Assembly: GCA_963745025.1 (NCBI GenBank)
Contig: CAVUWD010000016.1
Location: forward strand, 704,001 to 768,000
DNA from: an uncultured delta proteobacterium
GTDB lineage: Bacteria > Desulfobacterota > Binatia > JACPRU01
Length of the DNA stretch: 64,000 nucleotides
Reading direction: 5' to 3'
The notes beneath the pieces were generated by a model. The model made no database searches, was not told where the DNA came from, and saw only the letters and a program-made list of their open reading frames with translations. Each line of letters starts with the position of its first letter. Position 1 is the first letter of the stretch. This document shows, piece after piece, positions 1 through 8,672 of the stretch. The translations under genes and the position numbers were made by a program.

Positions 1-425
1 ACAGCGTGCTCTACACGAACCGCATCCCGGTGATTGCCGCGCAGCACCGGCAGGTGGCCGTGAATAGCGCGATCGCCATCGACCTGACCGGCCAGGCGGC
101 CGCGGAGTCGATCGGGCCGCAGATGTACAGCGGCATCGGCGGACAGCTCGCCTTCATGATCGGCGCGCTCTATTCGGAAGGCGGCCGCTCGATCCTCGTT
201 CTGCCCTCGACGGCCAAGGCCGGCGCCGTCTCGCGCATCGTGCCGTTCCTCGAACCGGGGAGCACGGTCACGACGCCGCGGCAGTACGTCGACTACGTCG
301 TCACCGAGTTCGGGATCACGAACCTCCAAGGCAAGACGCAGCGGCAGCGAGCGGAATCGCTGACCGAGCTCGCGCATCCGGATTTCCGCCCGCAGCTGAG
401 ACGAGAAGCCCGCCGACTGTTCTAG
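1..425 (+). CDS. Acetyl-CoA hydrolase/transferase family protein, 3' end (runs off the left edge)
   Basis: Motifs NSAIAIDLTGQ, SGIGGQLAF, VTEFG and LAHPDFR; about 92% identical to the C-terminus of the next gene (11 differences in 138 aa, counted by eye). Confidence 0.9.
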   Translation, partial: SVLYTNRIPVIAAQHRQVAVNSAIAIDLTGQAAAESIGPQMYSGIGGQLAFMIGALYSEGGRSILVLPSTAKAGAVSRIVPFLEPGSTVTTPRQYVDYVVTEFGITNLQGKTQRQRAESLTELAHPDFRPQLRREARRLF

Positions 426-683
426 TCCCGACGAGGAGGCGCTCATGAAGCTCGGTGTTGCTCGAGCACGAGTTGGCGATCATGCGCGGAGGGCGACGAC
501 GCCTTCGCCAGTCCTAGATAGCGTTTCGTTCGGGCGCTGTAGGCTTCCGAATTAAGAATGTATCCAATGGAATCATTTCTACGAAATCAGGGATCGGGGC
601 GGGTACACTCTAGATGCACGAATTTCTAATAGTTGTAATGAAGAGCAATGAATGTCAGTTGCTCCTTGGAAGCCGGCGGCTCT

Positions 684-699
684 TGGCACGCGCCATGCT
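684..699 (+). promoter_or_regulatory. Putative sigma54 -24/-12 promoter
   Basis: TGGCACGCGCCATGCT with GG-N10-GC spacing, just before ATG 715 and after an AT-rich stretch. Confidence 0.55.
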
Positions 700-714
700 T
701 TTCATTTGGTAACC

Positions 715-2046
715 ATGGAACTGTGGCCGCAACTCTATCGAGATAAACGAATCACTGCGGAGGGCGCGGCGGCGCTCGTCAAGTCCGGCGACGTGGTGCG
801 CTTTCCGATCGGAAAGCCGCCGATCCCCATCCTGAAGGCGCTCGCGCGACGCGCCGGACAGCTGGAGGACGTGACCCTGATCCAGTGCTTCCCGAGCTAC
901 CCGCACGAGATCTGGAACGACCCGGCGCTCGACCGCTCGTTCCGCCGCGTCGTCGACTACGTGGGAGCAGGCTGTCGCGAGGGAATGCGGCGGCACGTGG
1001 TCGACTTCCTGCCGCTCGACTACCCGCAGTACGGAAAACAGCTCGAGGAGGGGCGGACGAACACGTGGGCCGCAGACGTCTTCTTCGGCGTCGTCTCGCC
1101 GCCGGACGCGCGTGGCTTCTGCAGCTTCGGCAACGCTCTCTGGTACTCGAAGGACGCCGCGAAGGCCGCGAAGCTTTTCGTCGCGGAAGTCGACCCCACC
1201 CTCATCCGCACGCACGGCGAGAACTTCGTTCATGTCTCCGAGATCGACTACCTGGTGGAGGAGACGGAGCCCCTGCTCGTCTCGACGCCCCCACCGGCCG
1301 AGGAGGCGCGGGGCACGGTCGAGGTGATCGCGAGCTTCGCCGCGAGCCTCGTCCGCGACGGCGATACCGTGCAGATGGGCGTGGGCGGGATCTCCGAATC
1401 GATCGGCCTTTTCCTGACCGAGCGCAACGACTTGGGAATCCACAGCGAGATCATGACCGTCAGCCACGTCGAGCTGGTGAAGCGGGGGGTCGCCACCGGC
1501 AAGCACAAGACGCTCCACCGCGGCCGGGCCGTCGCCGCGATGGTCGTCGGTGCGGCGGACCTCGAGTACGTGAATGACAACCCGCTGTTCGAACTCCACA
1601 GCGTGCTTTACACGAACCGCATCCCGGTGATCGCCGCCCAGCACCGGCAGGTGGCCATCAACAGCACGATCGCCATTGATCTCACCGGACAGGCCGCCGC
1701 CGAGTCGATCGGTCCCGAGATGTACAGTGGCATCGGCGGACAGCTCGCGTTCATGATCGGTGCGCTCTACTCGGAAGGCGGCCGCTCGGTCCTCGTCCTT
1801 CCGTCGACGGCCAAGGGCGGCACGGTGTCGCGCATCGTGCCCTTCCTCGCGCCGGGGAGCACGGTCACGACGCCGCGCCAGTATGTCGACTACGTCGTCA
1901 CCGAGTTCGGCATCACGAACCTGCAGGGAAAGACCCAGCGGCAGCGGGCGGAGTCGCTGATCGAGCTCGCTCACCCGGATTTTCGGCCCGAGCTGAAACA
2001 GGAAGCCCGCCGGCTTTTCTGGTCGGCGACAGGTAGGCAACCGTGA
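715..2046 (+). CDS. Acetyl-CoA hydrolase/4-hydroxybutyrate CoA-transferase family protein
   Basis: QMGVGG, DLGIHSE (catalytic Glu), SGIGGQ; likely start MELWPQLY at 715 rather than 652. Confidence 0.9.
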   Translation: MELWPQLYRDKRITAEGAAALVKSGDVVRFPIGKPPIPILKALARRAGQLEDVTLIQCFPSYPHEIWNDPALDRSFRRVVDYVGAGCREGMRRHVVDFLPLDYPQYGKQLEEGRTNTWAADVFFGVVSPPDARGFCSFGNALWYSKDAAKAAKLFVAEVDPTLIRTHGENFVHVSEIDYLVEETEPLLVSTPPPAEEARGTVEVIASFAASLVRDGDTVQMGVGGISESIGLFLTERNDLGIHSEIMTVSHVELVKRGVATGKHKTLHRGRAVAAMVVGAADLEYVNDNPLFELHSVLYTNRIPVIAAQHRQVAINSTIAIDLTGQAAAESIGPEMYSGIGGQLAFMIGALYSEGGRSVLVLPSTAKGGTVSRIVPFLAPGSTVTTPRQYVDYVVTEFGITNLQGKTQRQRAESLIELAHPDFRPELKQEARRLFWSATGRQP

Positions 2047-2179
2047 AGTTCGGCGTTGGATCGTGGAAAATGCAAGCCCGGTTCTTCGGCCAGGCGGTCG
2101 TCCCGGAGTTCCGCATGGTCGCTTCCCGTCGGAGTTCCGCAAGCGGACCCGTTCGGCCTGAGTCCCTCGAGGTGAAGCC

Positions 2180-4195
2180 ATGACGACGTACTCGCATCTA
2201 CTCAGCCCGCTCACGATCGGCCCAACCACGATCAAGAACCGGGTCATCTTCGGGCCGCACGTGACCGGCCATTGGTCGGGCGACTTCCTCGCGACACCGC
2301 GAGCCAAGGCGTACTACGAGGAGCGCGCCCGTGGCGGCGTCGGGATGATCATCGTCGGCGCATCGTCCGTCGACGAGACGGCCGACTACTACCCCTTCAC
2401 GCAGCACGCGGTCTTCAAGGACGAGGTCATTCCAGGTCTCCGCGAGATCGCCGACGCCGTGCACGTCTTCGGCACGAAGATCATCCAGCAGCTCGTCCAT
2501 CCCGGCGTGCACCAGATCCCGGAGCGGGATACTCTTCATCCGGGGCGGGCGCCATCGCAGATCCCCGCGATCGAGGAGCCCTTCTACATTCCGAAGGAGC
2601 TCGAGATCGAGGAGATCATCGAGATCCAGGACAAGTTCGTCCGCGCAGCCGAGCGGGTGAAGCAGGCGGGCTTCGACGGCGTCGAGGTTCACGCCGCCCA
2701 CGGCTATCTGCTATGGGCGTTCCTCACTCCCCTCAAGAACAAGCGCACCGACGAGTACGGCGGCTCGCTCGAGAACCGCTTCCGCTTCACGCGGGAGGTG
2801 CTCGAGAAGGTGCGGGCCGCGGTCGGCAAGGACTTCGTCGTCGGTACGCGGGTCCTCTCGAGCGACATGTATCCCGGCGGGCTCGACGTCGAGGAGTGCC
2901 TGCGGATCGCGAAGATGATCGAGGCGACCGGAACCGTCGACTACATCAGCGTGAGCACCGGGCTCTATCGCTCGATCGCGGTCATGATCCCGAGCCACTA
3001 CGCGGGATTCGAGCCGGGCTACCAGGGCGAGTTCACCCGCAAGATCAAGAGCGAGGTCTCGGCCCCCGTGTTCCAGGTCGGCAAGATCAACGACGCCGCG
3101 CTCGCCGACCACATCATCGCCGACGGCGCGGCCGACGCGGTGATCATGGTGCGGGAGCTGATCGCCGAGCCGCACTTCGTGAAGAAGGTCGAGGAGGGGC
3201 GGATCGAGAGCATTCGCCCCTGCATCTACTGCAACCAGAAATGTCTCGCCCACATTTTCATCCCCGGCGGCCACGTCGAGTGCAACGTGAACCCGACCGC
3301 CGGAGAGGAGTTCCGCTGGGCGGCCGGGAGCCCGGGACGGAGCCCGGCGCGGAAGAAGGTGCTCGTCGTCGGCGCGGGCCCCGGGGGCCTCGAATGCGCC
3401 CGGACGGCGGTGGAGCGGGGGCACGAGGTCGTCGTCTACGAGAAGGACGCGGTCGTCGGGGGACAGATGCGCCTGATCCGCTCCCTCCCCGGTCGGAGCG
3501 AGATCGGGAACATCCTCGACTGGCTCGACCGGGAGGTCCGGAGGCTCGGCGTCGAGCTGAAGTTCTCGCACCCGGTGACGGAGGACCGCGTCGATGCGAT
3601 CCTCGCCGCCGAGAAACCCGATGCCGTCGTGGTCGCGACCGGCGCCCGGGCCGCCCGCGACGGCCGGAGCGGGCTCACGACCGAGCCGATTCCCGGATGG
3701 GAGAGACCGAATGTGCTGAGCTACGAGGAGGTGCTGAACCGCCCCTCGAGCGAGCTCGGGAAACGGCTGCTCATCGTCGACGAACTCGGCGACCGGATCG
3801 CTCCCGGGATCGCGGAGAAGCTCGCCGAAGACAAACGCCAGGTGACGATCGTCACCCGCTGGCCGAACGTCTTCCACATGTGGGGGCTCTACTGGAACGA
3901 GATGTCGTTCGTCTACGGGCGGCTCGACGAGCTCGGCGTCCGGGTCCTGTCGTCGAGCTGGGTGAAGGAGATCCACGCGGGCGGCGCCACGTGCTTCAAC
4001 GTCTTCAGCAGCCGCGAGTGGGAGGAGGCGGCCGATGGCGTGATCTTGGTGACCATGAAGTACTCGAACATGGAGCCGTACAAGCTCCTCAAGGCGAAGG
4101 GGGTGAAGCCGCTCTACCTAGTCGGCGACGCGAAGTCGCCGCGGCACATCGGCGATGCCATGCGCGACGGCTACGCCGCCGCGCGGGAAATCTGA
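2180..4195 (+). CDS. NADH:flavin oxidoreductase, FadH/TMADH-like OYE with 4Fe-4S and FAD domain
   Basis: GFDGVEVHAAHGYL, NKRTDEYGGSLENRFRF, CIYCNQKC...C cluster, VVGAGPGGLE. Confidence 0.92.
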   Translation: MTTYSHLLSPLTIGPTTIKNRVIFGPHVTGHWSGDFLATPRAKAYYEERARGGVGMIIVGASSVDETADYYPFTQHAVFKDEVIPGLREIADAVHVFGTKIIQQLVHPGVHQIPERDTLHPGRAPSQIPAIEEPFYIPKELEIEEIIEIQDKFVRAAERVKQAGFDGVEVHAAHGYLLWAFLTPLKNKRTDEYGGSLENRFRFTREVLEKVRAAVGKDFVVGTRVLSSDMYPGGLDVEECLRIAKMIEATGTVDYISVSTGLYRSIAVMIPSHYAGFEPGYQGEFTRKIKSEVSAPVFQVGKINDAALADHIIADGAADAVIMVRELIAEPHFVKKVEEGRIESIRPCIYCNQKCLAHIFIPGGHVECNVNPTAGEEFRWAAGSPGRSPARKKVLVVGAGPGGLECARTAVERGHEVVVYEKDAVVGGQMRLIRSLPGRSEIGNILDWLDREVRRLGVELKFSHPVTEDRVDAILAAEKPDAVVVATGARAARDGRSGLTTEPIPGWERPNVLSYEEVLNRPSSELGKRLLIVDELGDRIAPGIAEKLAEDKRQVTIVTRWPNVFHMWGLYWNEMSFVYGRLDELGVRVLSSSWVKEIHAGGATCFNVFSSREWEEAADGVILVTMKYSNMEPYKLLKAKGVKPLYLVGDAKSPRHIGDAMRDGYAAAREI

Positions 4196-4225
4196 AGTGG
4201 AGCCACGAGTCGTCGAGACCTGGCC

Positions 4226-5233
4226 GTGACGAGCGGCGGCGAGGTCTGGGCCTTCCTCGAGACCGTGGATGGGAGGCTCCACGACACGGCGACGAAAACC
4301 GCATCCGAGGCGAGGAAGGTCGCGCGACTGCTCGACGGCCATCCGTGCGGCGTGATCGCCGGAGTGCCGGAGGAGCGCATCCTCCAGGAACTCGCGCCGT
4401 TCGGACTCCGGCGGATCTACGCGCTCGGCGGCGAGCGGAGCGAGGCAGGAAGCGCGGAGGAGCACGGCCATGCCGTCGCGACCCTCGCAGCGCGGCGATC
4501 GCCGTCGTGCGTTCTCTTCGCCGCGACGCCCCTCGGGTGTGAAGCCGCGGCGCGCGTGGCCGTCCGCCTCGGCAGCGGTCTCGCGTCGGACTGCGTCGAC
4601 TTCGCGCGCGCGGGGGAGGAATTCACGGCGAGGAGGAAGGTCTGCGGCGGAAAGGCGCACGCGACCGTCGCCTGGCGCGGGCCGCCGCCCCACGTGGCCA
4701 CCGTGGACCTCGACGCGCTCGAGGCCGTGCCGGAGAGTCCGGGCGAACCTGCAGAGCTGATCGTCGAGGCGGCCGACTTCGGCGCGCCGCGAACGCAGCT
4801 GCTTCGCCGCTGGCGGGTTGAACCCCGGGAACTCGATCTCTCCGAGGCGACGGTCGTCGTCGGCATCGGCAAGCCGATCCTCGAGCGCACCGCCGCCCTG
4901 CCAATGATCGAAGAGGTGGCCGAGCGCCTCGGGGCTGGGTTGGGAGGCTCGCGCATCGTCGTCGACGGCGGCCTTCTCCCGCGCGAGCGGCAGATCGGCG
5001 CGAGCGGCAAGTGGCTCGCCGCCGATGTCTATCTGGCCTGCGGCATCTCCGGTTCGTCGTACCACATGATGGGGTTGAAGGCAGTCAAGCACCTGGTCGC
5101 CGTGAACCTCGACCGCAGCGCGCCGATCTTCCAGCGCGTGGATTTCGGAGTGGTCGGCGACCTCTTCGAGATCCTCCCCGCGCTCGCCGCTCTGCTCGGA
5201 GGCGCGAAGAAGGAAGGGGATAACATTCCGTGA
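4226..5233 (+). CDS. etfA: Electron transfer flavoprotein alpha subunit
   Basis: RQIGASGK, YLACGISGSSYH, AVNLDRSAPIF, GVVGDL. Confidence 0.88.
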   Translation: MTSGGEVWAFLETVDGRLHDTATKTASEARKVARLLDGHPCGVIAGVPEERILQELAPFGLRRIYALGGERSEAGSAEEHGHAVATLAARRSPSCVLFAATPLGCEAAARVAVRLGSGLASDCVDFARAGEEFTARRKVCGGKAHATVAWRGPPPHVATVDLDALEAVPESPGEPAELIVEAADFGAPRTQLLRRWRVEPRELDLSEATVVVGIGKPILERTAALPMIEEVAERLGAGLGGSRIVVDGGLLPRERQIGASGKWLAADVYLACGISGSSYHMMGLKAVKHLVAVNLDRSAPIFQRVDFGVVGDLFEILPALAALLGGAKKEGDNIP

Positions 5234-6081
5234 GGATCGTCGTCGGCGTGAAGCAGGTGGAGGACGTCGCCTTCGTCCGTCACGGCTCGGGCCTGGCGCC
5301 GTTCCGCCGGCGCTTTCCGAATCCGGCGGACTTGGCGGCGGTCGAGCAGGCGGAACGGCTCCGGGGGGATTCCGGTGAGGTCATCGCCCTGACCGTCGGG
5401 CCTCCGGACGTCGAGGCGGCTCTGCGCAAGGCGCTGATGATGGGCGTCGACCGTGTGGTCCGCGTCTGGAGCGATTCGCTCGTCGGCGCTGACTCGTTCG
5501 CCGTGGCGACCGTCCTCGCCGCCGCCGCCCGACGATTGGGCTTCGATCTCTTCCTTCTCGGCGCGCGGAGCGCCGACACGGCGACCGAGGCAGTCGGGGC
5601 GGCGGTCGCCGAGATCCTCGGCCTTCCCCTCGTGACGCGGGTGATCGGTGTCGAGAGCGCACCCGAAGGATCCCGGATGCTCGCGCATCGGAAGCTCGAG
5701 CGAGGAGAGCGCGAGACCTTCGGGGTGTCCTGCCCGGCCGTCCTGACGATCGAGCCCGGAGCCACCGAGCCCCGCTACTGCGCACCGGGCTGGGTGAGCC
5801 GGACGCGGCGAGGGCAGGTGGAGTTGCTCAGCCCCGAAGAGATCGGCGCCCGCGCCGACGCCTTCTCGCCGCGGCTGGCCATCCTCGAAGTGACGTCGCC
5901 GCGCCCGCGGGCGAAGGTTGGCGTCCCGGTCGCCGGGCTGAGCCTCAAGGACAAGCTGGCGCTCATGCGCGGTGGGCGAAAGCAGCCGCCGGCGGAGGAG
6001 CGGGTCATCGAGGGGTCGCCGTCGGAGGTCGCACCGCGACTGAAGACGGCGCTCGAAGGATTTCTCGCGAGACGGCCCTGA
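5230..6081 (+). CDS. etfB: Electron transfer flavoprotein beta subunit
   Basis: MRIVVGVKQV, NPADLAAVEQA, ALMMGVD, GARSAD; 4-bp overlap with etfA. Confidence 0.85.
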   Translation: MRIVVGVKQVEDVAFVRHGSGLAPFRRRFPNPADLAAVEQAERLRGDSGEVIALTVGPPDVEAALRKALMMGVDRVVRVWSDSLVGADSFAVATVLAAAARRLGFDLFLLGARSADTATEAVGAAVAEILGLPLVTRVIGVESAPEGSRMLAHRKLERGERETFGVSCPAVLTIEPGATEPRYCAPGWVSRTRRGQVELLSPEEIGARADAFSPRLAILEVTSPRPRAKVGVPVAGLSLKDKLALMRGGRKQPPAEERVIEGSPSEVAPRLKTALEGFLARRP

Positions 6082-6143
6082 GCCAGGGCCGATCCGCTTT
6101 CTCTCTGAAAATCCTGCTACCGCTCGGCGAGCACCTGTATATT

Positions 6144-6461
6144 CTACTCTCCTTCTGCCGACGGTCTCAGCACGACGGCCTTGTCGCGGAATTTTGCCAC
6201 GAGCTGAAGCTCGCCACCAAGCGCCGCGACGTATTTCCGGAGCGTCGACAGGAGAAAGTCCTCTCGATGCTCGAGCCTCGATACCTCGCCCTGACTCATG
6301 TCCGTCGCCTCGGAAATCTCAGCCTGAGTCTTGCCGCTGGCCTGACGAGCCTCGCGCAGATCCATCGCTACTAGCTCGTCACGAACCGCTGCCTCAACGC
6401 GCGCGCGCGCCGAGGGCGATAGCTTGTTTGCTCGAATCTCTTTCCAGTTCTTGGTCGGCAT
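6144..6461 (-). CDS. XRE-family HTH protein (HigA-like antitoxin)
   Basis: LREARQASGKTQAEIS..MSQGEVSRLE.REDFLLSTLRKYVAALGGEL. Confidence 0.85.
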   Translation of the reverse strand: MPTKNWKEIRANKLSPSARARVEAAVRDELVAMDLREARQASGKTQAEISEATDMSQGEVSRLEHREDFLLSTLRKYVAALGGELQLVAKFRDKAVVLRPSAEGE

Positions 6462-6631
6462 CACGATACCTCCTTAAGATACTCGATCCATCGCTGGTCG
6501 GCCGCCGGCACAAACCACTCGTAGAATCTCGAATCACCAGTTTTGTCCGCACCGAGAAGCACGACCGCCTGACGTTGCTGGTCGAAACCATAGGCCACGC
6601 GCAGAGGCTTCCGCCCTACAACCTCAACCAT
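6461..6631 (-). pseudogene. RelE/HigB-type toxin remnant (56 aa, large internal deletion)
   Basis: Manual translation MVEVVGRKPLRVAYGFDQQRQAVVLLGADKTGDSRFYEWFVPAADQRWIEYLKEVS; its stop overlaps the antitoxin ATG (TGATG); TTGACA on the minus strand at 6663-6668. Confidence 0.75.
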
Positions 6632-6749
6632 GCTGCATGATATACCCTAAACCACATAATGCTGTCAAACGCATACTGCTCGTAAAGTCGCGCTCCATTC
6701 TGGGCGGGTCCGTCTCCCCTGCCCTGCTGCTCGCTCGCGTCGAAACGAA

Positions 6750-6827
6750 GTCCCCGACGCGCTCGCTGAGCGGAGGATTCCGAATCCTGGGGTCGCGCGT
6801 TCGAGTGTTCGAGTCGCGCCGGGGGCA
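6750..6827 (+). pseudogene. Degenerate tRNA-Arg-like sequence (CCG in the anticodon loop)
   Basis: Acceptor GTCCCCG/CGGGGGC+A, GCTC/GAGC D-stem with shrunken loop, AGGA-TTCCGAA-TCCT arm, GGGTC, T-arm GCGCG-TTCGAGT-CGCGC interrupted by a duplicated GTTCGAGT. Confidence 0.65.
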
Positions 6828-7113
6828 GTGAAAAATCCGGGTGAGTGAGGAAGTGAGGAAGTTAGATATTCGACGTGAGGGACGAAGAGAACGCGATGTT
6901 CGGGATGGCGTCGGGATTGCCGGTACGACGCCCTTGGGAACTCGCGCGGCTGGCCCGCGCCGGCTTGCGCTAGTTTCGGGGCGGCGACCGCCCAGGATCA
7001 GGGGCTTCGCGGGCTAGCTTGGTAGGATGTCGCATCCCCTTTGATCGTGCCCGTAGGGCGCGATCCGTGACACACCCTCCTAGCGGGGATCAAATCCGCG
7101 GTGCTAAAGCCGA

Positions 7114-7671
7114 ATGGTGGCGAACCGGTTCCTTCGCGCGATCGAGATCGTCCTCGAAGCGGCTGGCCGTGGAGGTTTCCGGGTCGCGTTGATCGGCGGC
7201 TTCGCGCTCCCGTTTCACGGGGTCATGCGCGCGACCGGGGACGTCGACTTTCTCGTAGAGGTCGCCGGCGCTGATCCGCTTCATGAAACCCTGCTCAGCG
7301 TCGGGCAGCGGTGCCTGAACCGCACCGACGAGCTCGCGAACTACGAATCGACCCGCCCGGAGATCGCGCCCGTGGACGTCCTCTACGCGCGACGACGGCC
7401 CTCGGTCGCCATGCTCGCTCGTGCGCGCATCACGCGGTCGGCGGGCCTCGGGCTCGAGGTACCGGTCGTTGATGCCGAAGGAATCATCGGGCTCAAGGTC
7501 CAGGCGATGGCGAACAACCCGGCTCGACGGGATCGGGAGCGAGATGACATCCGGGAGCTCCTCATCGCGCAGCGCTCGCACCTGGACCTGGAGCTCGTCC
7601 GCAAGTACCATCGAATTTTCGGGCTTGAGGAACAGCTGGAGGAGATGCTGCGTGAAATCGAAGCAAGCTAG
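7114..7671 (+). CDS. Nucleotidyltransferase (DUF6036/AbiEii-like)
   Basis: IGGFALPFHGVMRATGDVDFLV motif; IIGLK and C-terminal RERDDIRELL. Confidence 0.75.
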   Translation: MVANRFLRAIEIVLEAAGRGGFRVALIGGFALPFHGVMRATGDVDFLVEVAGADPLHETLLSVGQRCLNRTDELANYESTRPEIAPVDVLYARRRPSVAMLARARITRSAGLGLEVPVVDAEGIIGLKVQAMANNPARRDRERDDIRELLIAQRSHLDLELVRKYHRIFGLEEQLEEMLREIEAS

Positions 7672-7858
7672 ACGGGCATCGCGAGCGGCGGGGCGGAGGC
7701 CAGCGACCGATCCTCGCGCCGACCAGCGACGCATCAGGCCGGTCGGTCGGATCCGCGATCTCCGCGAGTACCTCGAGTTCCTCGAGGAGATCGAGCGGAT
7801 ATTCGGTCCGACGCGGCAACCCCGGCGAATATCCCGGGGAGACCATTTCCTGCTCTGA
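7652..7858 (+). CDS. Small hypothetical protein, possible partner of the NTase
   Basis: GTG start after GGAGGAG, overlapping the NTase end; 68 aa ending DLREYLEFLEEIERIFG...GDHFLL. Confidence 0.55.
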   Translation: MKSKQARRASRAAGRRPATDPRADQRRIRPVGRIRDLREYLEFLEEIERIFGPTRQPRRISRGDHFLL

Positions 7859-8061
7859 CGGGCGAAGTAGCGATTCCCGGCGTCGGCCCTTCGACGCGAG
7901 CCGCAACACAGGCGTGACTCAGGCCAGCCGTCATGGTGGCACTGCCGTCCTCTCGCTTATGAGACGATTCCTACCCCGGTGTCTCACTTCCAAGAAGGGG
8001 GGCTTCGCGAAGCCGGGGTGCACGCGCTTGATTTCACACGCAAGAATACCTGTTTTCGACC

Positions 8062-8077
8062 TGGCACGTTTGATGCT
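8062..8077 (+). promoter_or_regulatory. Putative sigma54 promoter
   Basis: TGGCACGTTTGATGCT (GG-N10-GC), followed by an AAGGAGA RBS and ATG 8123. Confidence 0.5.
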
Positions 8078-8672
8078 CAACCGAGACGTAAATATACGAT
8101 ATTCAAGGAAAGGAGACTGGACATGAAGGCGACAATTGTCTTTCGAACTAGTCCCCGCTTTCTCCTTGAATATCTACCGCCACCCGTCGTATCGCGCACA
8201 CGGGACCGGAAGGGATCTGCTTAGAGGTCCGCGGGAGCTCGATAGTGAACTTGGCGATCGCCGATCGTCTGGAAGACATGCAGCGAGCACCGATCGCGTG
8301 CCGGACTCTTCGTAGCGAGCGGAGCGCGCGGGCAACCTCGCTCGCGATCCCGAATGGCATAGGCCAACCTCCGATCGCCGTTCACGAAAGTATCTTGCCT
8401 CGTCCACCGCCTGGTTGAAGCCGCCGCGCCCCCCGTGCCGTGGTCGCCCTCGATCCCTCGATCCTGGCGCACACGAGCCGATGGGCCAAAATACACGCGC
8501 TGTTTTGCATCACAGCGCGGCGGAGAGCGTGGCGGGCGGGATCGAGGGGTCTGGAAAACTTGGAGGTGGAAGACGAGGAAAGACGAGGAAGTGAGCAATT
8601 GGCAGCAGCAAACGCGAAGAAGTGCCAGGGCTCATGAGGGATAGGGTGATTCGGACCAGGGAGGATAAAGGG

